A stretch of DNA of 64,000 nt from a virus (lineage: Duplodnaviria > Caudoviricetes), in the IMG/VR virus record IMGVR_UViG_3300005264_000079, positions 1 through 64,000 of that record; one strand, 5' to 3'. Both the position numbers and the translations under genes were made by a program. This document shows positions 1 to 8,455 of the stretch, piece after piece (within the stretch, counting starts at the first letter, position 1; each line of letters starts with the position of its first letter). The notes beneath the pieces were generated by a model. It worked only from the letters and a program-made list of their open reading frames with translations. It had not been told where the DNA came from and ran no database searches.

Positions 1-134
1 CATAAACTCACCGTTCTTGTTTATTGGATTGGAAAACTATCATAAATCCATGTGTATCCAATTTCAAAAGCATGTTCTTGCACCATCCTACTTTCTTCTG
101 GTGTTACTTTAATTTTATAGTTCATATAATCCCT

Positions 135-386
135 TTACTGTAAATTCTCTTTCACGTAAGCAACAGCTTCTTCATGGGAATCAAACCAATACCATATGCA
201 TTCTTCTTTTCTCTTGCAACATTTATCACCAGAAAGCAGAATGCGAGAAGTTCCTGCATCATCTATTGTGAGGAGCATTTTCTCTTCCTCAAAAGGATCT
301 ATTCCGATTATATACCCATAATCAAAATCTAAGTCATCCCATGAAATTTCCTCTACTACATCTTTCTTAAAAATTACTTTCTTCAT
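135..386 (-). CDS. hypothetical protein
   Basis: 83-aa ORF with GAGGAG RBS, co-oriented with the operon. Confidence 0.6.
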   Translation of the reverse strand: MKKVIFKKDVVEEISWDDLDFDYGYIIGIDPFEEEKMLLTIDDAGTSRILLSGDKCCKRKEECIWYWFDSHEEAVAYVKENLQ

Positions 387-602
387 TTAATTCTCCTCTA
401 TTTTTGCTAACAGCCAATGCTGAAGCTTGAATAGAATGACTTCTTTGATACCATTTTTTACAGCTTTACTAAGTGCATATTCATTTACTTTATTAGACCT
501 AATAAGATTTTGTTTTGATAAATACCCTATTTGCATATTTCCCCTTATCAATCTACAGTAAATATAGCATACACTATAAACCATGTCAACCATTAAAAAC
601 AA
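387..602 (-). CDS. hypothetical protein
   Basis: ORF abuts 135..386; start uncertain. Confidence 0.4.
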   Translation of the reverse strand: MFLMVDMVYSVCYIYCRLIRGNMQIGYLSKQNLIRSNKVNEYALSKAVKNGIKEVILFKLQHWLLAKIEEN

Positions 603-682
603 AAAACCACTTAAATTAAATCATATGAATGAGACATCATACAACTAACCTAAGTGGCTTACGAGTAACCTAATAGCTTTAT

Positions 683-1348
683 TTACTTTTTAGATAATAT
701 TTTTATATAACAGTTCTTTCGTCTATCTTTATTAGACATTTCTTCCTCAGTAAATCCTAACTTTGCTAACTCTTTCTTTTGTCTTTCCACAGAACATTTC
801 ATTTTAGCAATGACAGCTTTATCTAATGAAGCCTCTTCCCAGGACATTCCTGTTCTCTCCATATGTGTGATAACAGCATGAGCATCCTTGGAAATAAGTC
901 TCATGTTATTGGGAGATGTTAGAAGCCTAAAGAGAAAGATACAAGCCTCTAAACCATTAGTGAGGGAACCAGCAGGAGCAATATGATCTATGTTTCCTTC
1001 CTTAATAGGTAACACCTCTCCTGTAAGCTCACATTTGAAATGCTTCTTGGTGACGGGCTGTCCTCTTCTCTTTCCCGTCTTATAGTATTTTTGCTTCCCA
1101 TTATTATCCAATACAGGAGCAGGGAAAGAATGCGTTTTCAAGTAGTTATTTTTAAACACCCACTTACGTGACCAAATAGATCGTAATGATCCTCTAAGCC
1201 AACCCCAATAAGCTGATTCTGTTTTCCAAATACTACCCTCCCACTCCCAAGGACGATGCTGTTCTACTTCCTTGAGAAGCTGAAGTAATAGTTCTTCTTT
1301 ATCAACGTCCTTTTTCATATTCCCTTTCCAAAATGTATTCGTCATCAA
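683..1348 (-). CDS. HNH / endonuclease VII-like nuclease (possible Holliday junction resolvase); start probably 1318
   Basis: WLRGSLRSIW, CELTG..NIDHI..NNMRLISKDAH beta-beta-alpha-metal pattern; lies downstream of UvsX. Confidence 0.6.
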   Translation of the reverse strand: MMTNTFWKGNMKKDVDKEELLLQLLKEVEQHRPWEWEGSIWKTESAYWGWLRGSLRSIWSRKWVFKNNYLKTHSFPAPVLDNNGKQKYYKTGKRRGQPVTKKHFKCELTGEVLPIKEGNIDHIAPAGSLTNGLEACIFLFRLLTSPNNMRLISKDAHAVITHMERTGMSWEEASLDKAVIAKMKCSVERQKKELAKLGFTEEEMSNKDRRKNCYIKILSKK

Positions 1349-1472
1349 TTACAATACGCCCTACATCCACCATAGTTATTCCTGATATCCATTTTTCAAG
1401 ACCATACCTTTCAACAGTGTTGCTTGGAAATAATACAAGATCATCTTCTATAATTTCTACTCTAATTGACAT
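1302..1472 (-). CDS. small hypothetical protein (56 aa, MSIRVEIIEDD...)
   Basis: read manually; GGGAG RBS; below the ORF-track cutoff. Confidence 0.5.
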   Translation of the reverse strand: MSIRVEIIEDDLVLFPSNTVERYGLEKWISGITMVDVGRIVIDDEYILEREYEKGR

Positions 1473-1627
1473 CAGTTCTCCTTATTGTGCTTTTAGTTAC
1501 ATCCCTACTTTTTAAAAGTTAAAATCTTTTTTTTATGTAAACCAAGAATACGTGCTTTAATTACATCCTTCATGGAGATATCAATTTTAACTGGAATAGT
1601 TAAATTGTTTATTTTCATAGTATCCTT

Positions 1628-2890
1628 CTACATGTTTACTTTAGGTCTAACTTTACGATTCTTAGGTTTATCCTTTTCTTCTAAATAATTCCATTTCATT
1701 TTAACTCTGTTGGTAAGTTCTTCTTCTAAATCATTACGCTCAATATAAGAACAAAGATCATCTAAGCTCGTGACACCATATTTGTCTGCAAAAGCAGTCA
1801 TTATGTCTGCATGATCAGAAATATACTTTTTGATATTTGGAACAGAGTACCTTTTGTATTCGTCTTTTACAGCATCAACAATCCCCATGTCATCACAAAA
1901 TTGTTTATAGTCATCATTGGAAACATCTTCTGCTTCTGAATCATGCTTCGGATCGTACACATCCCCCCATTTAAGGGCATTACCTTTATTAGGAATTTCC
2001 CTACCACGTTCGTCCAAAAGGTCATACAGAAAAATCAAATTACTTCTAACATTATCAAAACCACTATCAGTGAGGATATCAATATAAACTTTCCTACCTT
2101 CGTATCTTGTTCTAGTTTTTTCTAATATAACACACACCCTGTACCCATATGGACGATCTTTGGGGCCAAGATCACACACTCTTTTTATTTCAAACTTTTT
2201 ACTGGAAGCAAATTTGGTGCCATGCCCTCCGGAGGTAGTAGTTTTCTTTTCAAAGGGCATGGCATTCATTTTGTCAATAATCTGGCTAATGACCATAACA
2301 TGTAGATTGTGGTGATAAGCAGGAATGGCACAATGTCTCCACATTTCTTTAATCTTTTTAGCCCTATTACCATATGTCCCTATATTCTTTGCTTCCCCGT
2401 CTTTCTTGTAAGCTTTCATCTCGTCTTCTGTACGGGTTTTGTCATCTAATGTATAAAGAAGATCTTGACTATCAATTACTAAGATACCAACTTCTTCTTT
2501 AGAGGCATTAATGTCATCACAGAAGTAAAGTATATCAGATTTAAGGGATTCAACAACAGGCTCATGCATAAGATGTTTAGTTCCTAACAATGGGTACCCA
2601 TAACGTTCCTCTGTATCAAAACTAAGTCCTGCTTCTACATCATTATACTTATAGTGTGTTTTCTCAGGAGAATATGCCAGTAAGGCTTGGTAAATTGCTT
2701 CAATAGCAAAGAGAGTTTTACCAGCAGTGGAGTCAGCATATATCTGTGCAATACCACCAACGTCCCATCCTCCTTCCATGGCAATGTCAAGGATGTCACT
2801 ACCAGTAGGGATTTTCTTTTTAATCAACTCTTTTTTTACTTTCTTATTCTTTTTATTTTCCAATATGTTTTCCTTTTCTGCAATTGTCAT
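1628..2890 (-). CDS. uvsX: RecA/UvsX-like recombinase
   Basis: GGIAQIYADSTAGKT P-loop, LVIDS Walker B, ISQI and GG..KFASS motifs; adjacent to SSB and UvsY. Confidence 0.85.
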   Translation of the reverse strand: MTIAEKENILENKKNKKVKKELIKKKIPTGSDILDIAMEGGWDVGGIAQIYADSTAGKTLFAIEAIYQALLAYSPEKTHYKYNDVEAGLSFDTEERYGYPLLGTKHLMHEPVVESLKSDILYFCDDINASKEEVGILVIDSQDLLYTLDDKTRTEDEMKAYKKDGEAKNIGTYGNRAKKIKEMWRHCAIPAYHHNLHVMVISQIIDKMNAMPFEKKTTTSGGHGTKFASSKKFEIKRVCDLGPKDRPYGYRVCVILEKTRTRYEGRKVYIDILTDSGFDNVRSNLIFLYDLLDERGREIPNKGNALKWGDVYDPKHDSEAEDVSNDDYKQFCDDMGIVDAVKDEYKRYSVPNIKKYISDHADIMTAFADKYGVTSLDDLCSYIERNDLEEELTNRVKMKWNYLEEKDKPKNRKVRPKVNM

Positions 2891-2931
2891 ATTATATCCT
2901 CCAATAGGAGGGGATTCCCCTCCTATTTATT

Positions 2932-4011
2932 TTAGTCTACAATTTTACCAGCAAATTCAAGTTCTCCATATTTCTTATCACACTGGGCATAGTGCGGGCA
3001 TTCCTTTTCACCAAGACATCCTCTGGAGTCAATGTCATAGCCAAATTTCAACCCTTCAGGACATTCAGGAGCCTCATCGCCAGTGGCTTTACGTCTACGT
3101 CGAGGAGTTTCTTCCTCTTCATCCTTAGCTTTATGCCTACGAGAAGAAGGAGCTTCCTCTTCTACTTCCTTCTTAGAGGGGGTTTCCTGCACGTCCGTCT
3201 CGTCATCGTCATTATGAGAGGAATTACCAAAGAGCATATTCTCAATCTCTTCCTCAGAATGAAGTTTGAGCATTTTGTCAAGTTTAGGGGTTTTATCAAT
3301 ATCCTCTTCTGAGAAATTATATTTTCCTACTTTCTCAAAGGAGATATCTTTCACTTCACCTGGGCCTTTCTTGCCTCCGTAAGAAGATGTATCAGGAGTG
3401 AATACAACACTCACTTCGTCAAACATCATTTCTCCAAGCGTAATATCTTTTCTCTTAGCTTTTTTTCTAAGATTGTCAAGAAACCAAAATGCTGAGTAAT
3501 CAAGGATTTTCATTTTATTGTCATCCTCTTTATCTCTTACAACAAACATTCCTCTACGTTTTGCTTTGAGAGGTCTAATCTCTTCATTGCTTGAAGCTTT
3601 CTTATAAGCATCATCTTTACTCATACCGTCATCTTTAAGATTCTGAATTTCTTCATCAAGTCGTCTACGGTATTCATTACAAATGGGGCAAGGTTTGTCA
3701 TAGTTTTCAGGACATACGACACTACGTTTCTTAGGCCCAATTCCTGTATGCACCATGAGTTCAAGACAATAATCTTCCATAAGGTAATCATTCTTTTTAA
3801 GCTCAAGATATTCTGGATGCTTTTTTGTTGTGACGGCATAGGGGAGGATGTCAATTACACCTTCTGTTTCTTCTTCCAGTTTCATGAACTCCACATCGGG
3901 ATATGCAGAAGTATCAAGTACCGAAAAGTTAGTTCTATTTCTCTTGTTAGTATCTGCTTCCTGTTTTGCTCTAAGTTTTTCTCTACGTTCGTTGTTTACT
4001 GTTCTGCTCAT
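2932..4011 (-). CDS. T4 gp32-like single-stranded DNA-binding protein
   Basis: H..CP..YDKPCPIC Zn motif, acidic C-terminal region, position beside UvsX. Confidence 0.75.
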   Translation of the reverse strand: MSRTVNNERREKLRAKQEADTNKRNRTNFSVLDTSAYPDVEFMKLEEETEGVIDILPYAVTTKKHPEYLELKKNDYLMEDYCLELMVHTGIGPKKRSVVCPENYDKPCPICNEYRRRLDEEIQNLKDDGMSKDDAYKKASSNEEIRPLKAKRRGMFVVRDKEDDNKMKILDYSAFWFLDNLRKKAKRKDITLGEMMFDEVSVVFTPDTSSYGGKKGPGEVKDISFEKVGKYNFSEEDIDKTPKLDKMLKLHSEEEIENMLFGNSSHNDDDETDVQETPSKKEVEEEAPSSRRHKAKDEEEETPRRRRKATGDEAPECPEGLKFGYDIDSRGCLGEKECPHYAQCDKKYGELEFAGKIVD

Positions 4012-4199
4012 TTGTTACTTCCTTCGTTAATTTTGTTAATTCTACTTACTACTTTTAAATTATACACCGCTATGGGGGAATCTAAATCTGACTTATCTAC
4101 GTGGTTGTAGAAAACGTACATGTCACCTTGAAAGTGAATGTATTTGGCTTCCACCAATTCTGCCTCTTGTTTGCTTTCTGTAAATGTTACTTTATACAT
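4008..4199 (-). CDS. hypothetical protein
   Basis: 63-aa ORF coupled to both neighbours. Confidence 0.55.
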   Translation of the reverse strand: MYKVTFTESKQEAELVEAKYIHFQGDMYVFYNHVDKSDLDSPIAVYNLKVVSRINKINEGSNK

Positions 4200-4200
4200 A

Positions 4201-4728
4201 TTATCCCTCTACTTTCTTTCTCCTACGTCTTTTCTTCAAATCCTCTCGTTCTTCTTCCACAAGAGCTTTCCTTTCTGCCTCCTCATATGCTTTAAAGTTT
4301 TTATCCTTAACACTATCCTCAGCTACTCTTGGTTCACTCCAATAATCTGATCGCCACAAGGCTCCCACCTCTTGAAGGCCATATTTTTTAGTGTTAATTG
4401 CTTCAACATAAGCTGAACATACATCCACTTCTTTCTGAAGCTGAATAATTTCCATTTCAATTTTATACAATTCATCATCAGAATCAAGGAGATCATTGAT
4501 AGCCCCTTCTGTAGGTTTAATGATTTTACCTTCACCATTCTTTAGCTCTCGTAACCCTTTACGATACTCAAGAGCTACACACCCTTTCTTATACTTAAGA
4601 TAGGCTTTCTTATCTTTAAGCTCTTCTGACTTCTCTGCAAGTTCCACACCTGATTCTCTACGCAATCGGCCTTGTATTGTCCAATCCCCAATCAAATCGT
4701 TCATGTTAATTTCTGTAGGATCATGCAT
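4201..4728 (-). CDS. UvsY-like recombination mediator
   Basis: coiled-coil protein with T(E)GAI..L..D.E..K pattern; synteny with SSB and UvsX. Confidence 0.6.
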   Translation of the reverse strand: MHDPTEINMNDLIGDWTIQGRLRRESGVELAEKSEELKDKKAYLKYKKGCVALEYRKGLRELKNGEGKIIKPTEGAINDLLDSDDELYKIEMEIIQLQKEVDVCSAYVEAINTKKYGLQEVGALWRSDYWSEPRVAEDSVKDKNFKAYEEAERKALVEEEREDLKKRRRRKKVEG

Positions 4729-4903
4729 GAGATACTCTCCTCTGATTTCTCTGCTCGGAATGAGTTACAGTGGGGTAGAGCCACTTCACTTTCACCCCTG
4801 TACCAAAAACGCCTTCCTGTGTTGCTCCACCAGCATTTACTTTAAGTCGTTTTTTACGATCTTCTTCTCTTGCCTTAGCTCTACTAAATGCTCTACTACT
4901 CAT
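4721..4903 (-). CDS. small basic hypothetical protein
   Basis: RBS; ATGA overlap with the next gene. Confidence 0.55.
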   Translation of the reverse strand: MSSRAFSRAKAREEDRKKRLKVNAGGATQEGVFGTGVKVKWLYPTVTHSEQRNQRRVSHA

Positions 4904-5072
4904 TTATTCTCTCCCCGTCAACATACACATGGTATTTTTTATCAAAAATAATATCTTCTGGTTTTGTTTTACACATAAAAGAAGAAACCAAATACTCCCC
5001 ATTAAAAGCTAAAGAAGCATTCCCAAACTCTGTAGGATCTGTAATAATAACATCTATAGAATTATCTTTCAC
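4896..5072 (-). CDS. 58-aa ORF beginning with an MTase-like segment (MKDNSIDVIITDP)
   Basis: read manually; GGAG RBS, GTG start. Confidence 0.45.
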   Translation of the reverse strand: MKDNSIDVIITDPTEFGNASLAFNGEYLVSSFMCKTKPEDIIFDKKYHVYVDGERINE

Positions 5073-5081
5073 AGCTTACTC

Positions 5082-5609
5082 CTATCGTTTATCCCCACTA
5101 CCTTTCAACACTCCTCTATCCATTCTATCATACAGTTTCTCAATATTAAAAGAGAGAACATCCGAAAAATTAAACCCTTTGTCAGCACATTCTTCCCTAA
5201 GAAGAGTGTAGTAGCTATTCAGATAAACAGTAGCTTTTTCTCTTTTAACCAGATCGGTTAATTCCCAAGCATCATCTCTGGCAACCTTCTTTAACACTTC
5301 TGAGAGCTTCCCAAGAATGGTAGAGCCATTGTCAATTAGATTTGGAATATCACCTGGACATATCGTGGAAAGGAATGGCTTGGTAGTAACCTCTAAAGAA
5401 ATATCAAGAAGTTTAGCCATAATTCCCGTGTACCAGCAGATATCCCCTAATTCTCCTAAGATTAAAGAACTTTCAGATCCTGCATGGGTATGCTCTATAT
5501 ACTCCACAAGCTCTCCATGCATTCCTGCCATTGTACAAAACAACGCTTTTTCCCTACTATCGTATGTGATAGTTTTTTGTGCTTTTTCTACATATTCATC
5601 CCAGTTCAA
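5082..5609 (-). CDS. MazG-like nucleotide pyrophosphohydrolase
   Basis: GM.GELVE and ELGDICWY motifs; C-terminal NIEKL..R..RG...GSGD typical of phage MazG. Confidence 0.8.
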   Translation of the reverse strand: MNWDEYVEKAQKTITYDSREKALFCTMAGMHGELVEYIEHTHAGSESSLILGELGDICWYTGIMAKLLDISLEVTTKPFLSTICPGDIPNLIDNGSTILGKLSEVLKKVARDDAWELTDLVKREKATVYLNSYYTLLREECADKGFNFSDVLSFNIEKLYDRMDRGVLKGSGDKR

Positions 5610-5621
5610 AGTCTATCTCCT

Positions 5622-6047
5622 CTAATCAATATATTCTTCCTCCCAATCACTAAAAGTTTTTTTGAAAACAATAGAATCTAGTATTGACTCTATTTGCAAT
5701 TTCACAAGCCATATGGTAAACGTTATTAGTATAATTTCCCCTAATATGATCCAATTGCCTATTAGCAAACCCCCGGCAAACATAAGAGTGTAAAAAATAT
5801 AAGAAACCACTGTAGCATCAGTATCATATGCAGATTCAATCAATACGTCCATACCATAGTTTTTCCAAATCTGAGCCACTGCTTCTTGTCTGCTGATATA
5901 GGATGCTTCGTCATAAATACCATAGTAGAAGATTAACGTTCTAATATAGATTACAACCCAATAAAGAAGATACCCCATTATAGCAAGATGAGAAGCAAGG
6001 GCAACCCACTCATTTGTAGATAACGTCCCAATAAAAAGTGATAACAC
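5622..6047 (-). CDS. membrane protein
   Basis: several hydrophobic helices; GTG start after GAAGGGA. Confidence 0.55.
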   Translation of the reverse strand: MLSLFIGTLSTNEWVALASHLAIMGYLLYWVVIYIRTLIFYYGIYDEASYISRQEAVAQIWKNYGMDVLIESAYDTDATVVSYIFYTLMFAGGLLIGNWIILGEIILITFTIWLVKLQIESILDSIVFKKTFSDWEEEYID

Positions 6048-6069
6048 ACTTCCCTTCTCTATGTAATAC

Positions 6070-6315
6070 TTAAGCAAAATCTTTAAACACTTTCTCCATA
6101 TTTTTTGGAGAGTAATTAAATACATTCCTACCATACCCAATCTTAGGGACGGAATAATCAGAGCACTTATTTATCAAATAATGCTGTGCCGCTTTATCCT
6201 CAAATACATCCACATACTCATAAGGAATATTTCTCCCATCAAGCAACATCCTAACAACTTTACATTGCTGACATCCTTCCCCACCATAAACTGTTAAGTT
6301 TGCTCTTTCTTTCAA
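6070..6315 (-). CDS. glutaredoxin/NrdH-like redoxin
   Basis: GCQQC CxxC, IPYEYVDV and SVPKI cis-Pro motif. Confidence 0.85.
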   Translation of the reverse strand: MKERANLTVYGGEGCQQCKVVRMLLDGRNIPYEYVDVFEDKAAQHYLINKCSDYSVPKIGYGRNVFNYSPKNMEKVFKDFA

Positions 6316-6541
6316 TGCACTCTCCTATAAAAGTTACTTAATTACAACCACTTTCATCATGGTTGCTATAATAATTGCAACACTTACTACTCTCCCAACA
6401 CTCTGTTAAGAATCCATTATATTTGGCAGTATCAGGAACATACTACACAATCCCAAGGCTTACAATATACATCCTCATAGATCATAACATTAGCACTAAT
6501 ACAAAAGCAATAAGTCTATAGCATAAATCTCTCCTGTCTAG

Positions 6542-6586
6542 TATAGCACCTCTTTGCCTTTATAGCACCTCTTTGCCTTTATAGCA
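6542..6586. repeat. 19-bp tandem duplication (TATAGCACCTCTTTGCCTT x2.4)
   Basis: read directly. Confidence 0.9.
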
Positions 6587-6610
6587 TTCCCCATATGGCC
6601 TCATAAATAC

Positions 6611-6666
6611 CTCCTAATTAGTTAATCTTGAATACAGTGTAACATCCTTTTAAAAAGTTGTCAAGT
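6611..6666 (-). promoter_or_regulatory. sigma70 promoter + RBS unit, copy 1 of a 56-bp direct repeat
   Basis: TTGACA-N17-TACACT ... AGGAG on the minus strand; one mismatch to 7933-7988. Confidence 0.85.
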
Positions 6667-6675
6667 ACCCTGTAA

Positions 6676-7443
6676 CTATTTGATACATTTATTATATAAG
6701 TGTATCAGCTCTTTCTGTCCAATGCTATCCTGCCTCACTGTATCAGATGCTAATGGATAGTAACACAATTTCTTAAAATTGTCAATAGTAGTTTTAGAAC
6801 AAATAATAAAATGATATGCTTTCCTGTTTACGGTGGCAAATTCCTCCAAAACAGTACCACAATCACCTGTTCCCCCATATGCTTTTACAGCAATTGTTGC
6901 TTTAGTAATATCTTTGGTGAATACAAAATCTTTATGAGTACTCTCCAACACAACTGGTTTTCGCCTGGTCTCTTCCCTTTCCCAAATTTGGAATACACAT
7001 TTAGCTTGCATACTTTCTGGGATAAAACTTCCAATAGGAATATCTTGCTGATATTTTAAATGAAAATCTAAAGACAATCTATTTTGCACAGAAATACGCT
7101 TAAATGTTCTTGGCACAATGAAAGCAATTACTGAAGCAAAGGATGAAGCATGATTAAAGAACTTAATAGCTTCTTTACCATTTCTACCAAAAGGGGGGTT
7201 GCCTATGACAATAGTATTTTTAGCTGAATAGTAGTCATAAAAACTTAGTGTCAAGGCTCCTTCTATTTCAGGTTCTATGTCGAGGTATACTAAAGAATCT
7301 TGGGGCAAATGTTTTACAAAGCTACCATTACCACAAGAAGGCTCAACAATAGAATCAAAATCATTGAGTGGATATCTCTCCTGTACTATTGAAATGCATT
7401 CTTCAGCAATATTCTCTTTGGTATAGAACTTATCCAAGGTCAA
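6676..7443 (-). CDS. N6-adenine DNA methyltransferase
   Basis: DKFYT, EPSCGNG (motif I), IGNPPFG (motif IV), IAFIVP. Confidence 0.85.
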   Translation of the reverse strand: MTLDKFYTKENIAEECISIVQERYPLNDFDSIVEPSCGNGSFVKHLPQDSLVYLDIEPEIEGALTLSFYDYYSAKNTIVIGNPPFGRNGKEAIKFFNHASSFASVIAFIVPRTFKRISVQNRLSLDFHLKYQQDIPIGSFIPESMQAKCVFQIWEREETRRKPVVLESTHKDFVFTKDITKATIAVKAYGGTGDCGTVLEEFATVNRKAYHFIICSKTTIDNFKKLCYYPLASDTVRQDSIGQKELIHLYNKCIK

Positions 7444-7927
7444 GCATATACTCCTGAATGTCCATTTCCTTAATAAAAGCAGTATACTCGGAAGTAAATC
7501 CTTTTTTCAAACTACCATGGTCTGGGGCATCTGTAATACTATGCAAAGCAACAATTTTTGGAATGCTGTACAAATTAACCTGTGCTGTTTCATAATTGAC
7601 AAACACACAAATATAGTTACTGACGTCATCAACTGCTGATACTTGTTTTAGTCTTAATGTTGGGGAATTTCCAACGTAAACTTTTACAAAGTAGTTTCCA
7701 TGTTCCCCTGAATACCCGTCACAAATATCAGATTCTACGGCGTGCAGAGCATTAAAAATAATCTCTTTAATAAGGAGACCATAAGACTGTGGTGGTAGTA
7801 GAGCAATACTCTCAATAATTTTGTCTATAGTGGTATTATTTCTTGTTAGAATGTTAGCTTTTATACCGGCTACATTTTTCTTTCTCTGCTTTATGCTTAC
7901 AAGATACTCTTTTGATTTTGTTGTCAT
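7430..7927 (-). CDS. restriction-endonuclease-like (PD-(D/E)xK) protein, catalytic motif appears degenerate
   Basis: Q.YG.LI, D...FVK, LY.IPK, HG...EY pattern; coupled to the MTase. Confidence 0.4.
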   Translation of the reverse strand: MTTKSKEYLVSIKQRKKNVAGIKANILTRNNTTIDKIIESIALLPPQSYGLLIKEIIFNALHAVESDICDGYSGEHGNYFVKVYVGNSPTLRLKQVSAVDDVSNYICVFVNYETAQVNLYSIPKIVALHSITDAPDHGSLKKGFTSEYTAFIKEMDIQEYMLDLG

Positions 7928-7932
7928 GTTCT

Positions 7933-7988
7933 CTCCTAATTAGTTAATCTTGAATACAGTGTAGCATCCTTTTAAAAAGTTGTCAAGT
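7933..7988 (-). promoter_or_regulatory. sigma70 promoter + RBS unit, copy 2
   Basis: same sequence as 6611-6666. Confidence 0.85.
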
Positions 7989-8013
7989 GGCTCACCCACA
8001 ATAATTTCTTTTT

Positions 8014-8040
8014 AAAGGAGGGTATTGCTATACCCTCCAA
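8014..8040 (-). terminator. intrinsic terminator
   Basis: GGAGGGTAT/ATACCCTCC 9-bp stem, 4-nt loop, followed by T residues. Confidence 0.65.
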
Positions 8041-8045
8041 TAGTA

Positions 8046-8201
8046 TTAAGCTTTAGGTGGGAAGAAGATTCCTTTAATAACTGCTCCAAGAGCAACCACA
8101 GCACCTACCAGCCCAACAATGACAGCTTCATTTAAACCACCAATGTAACACATAGCCGTTCCACCAATAACACCAATAACACCAAACACTTTCCATTTCA
8201 T
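8046..8201 (-). CDS. 51-aa two-TM membrane peptide
   Basis: MKWKVFGVIGVIGG...; GGAG RBS; two Gly-rich hydrophobic segments. Confidence 0.65.
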   Translation of the reverse strand: MKWKVFGVIGVIGGTAMCYIGGLNEAVIVGLVGAVVALGAVIKGIFFPPKA

Positions 8202-8243
8202 AAGATCTCCTAACACTTTATTTTTGATTTATCACTAAACCAA

Positions 8244-8315
8244 CACCCCCACCAAGAATCGAACTTGGGTTTATGGATTCAAAATCCATAGCATTGACCG
8301 TTATGCTATGAGGGT
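8244..8315 (-). tRNA. trnQ: tRNA-Gln (anticodon TTG), CCA not encoded
   Basis: full cloverleaf: ACCCTCA/TGGGGGT acceptor stem, ATGGA-TTTTGAA-TCCAT anticodon arm, CCAAG-TTCGATT-CTTGG T arm, G73. Confidence 0.92.
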
Positions 8316-8455
8316 ATTTGCCTATCATAAAACAGGATGCCGTAATATAATAGGACTAAGCTGTATTTTAACAACTTTTTCGTGCATTTCGGTCAGCTCA
8401 AACCATTACACGATAACAATTGTTTAAAATTGGGGACTTCTACTTTAAATAGATA

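Noticed and set aside
1628-2890. Non-canonical Walker A in the recombinase as a novelty
   Set aside because: UvsX-type recombinases commonly have divergent P-loops.
8330-8450. Second tRNA or structured RNA upstream of tRNA-Gln (GTGTAATGGT-like segment)
   Set aside because: No T-arm (TTCRA) and no acceptor-stem pairing found.
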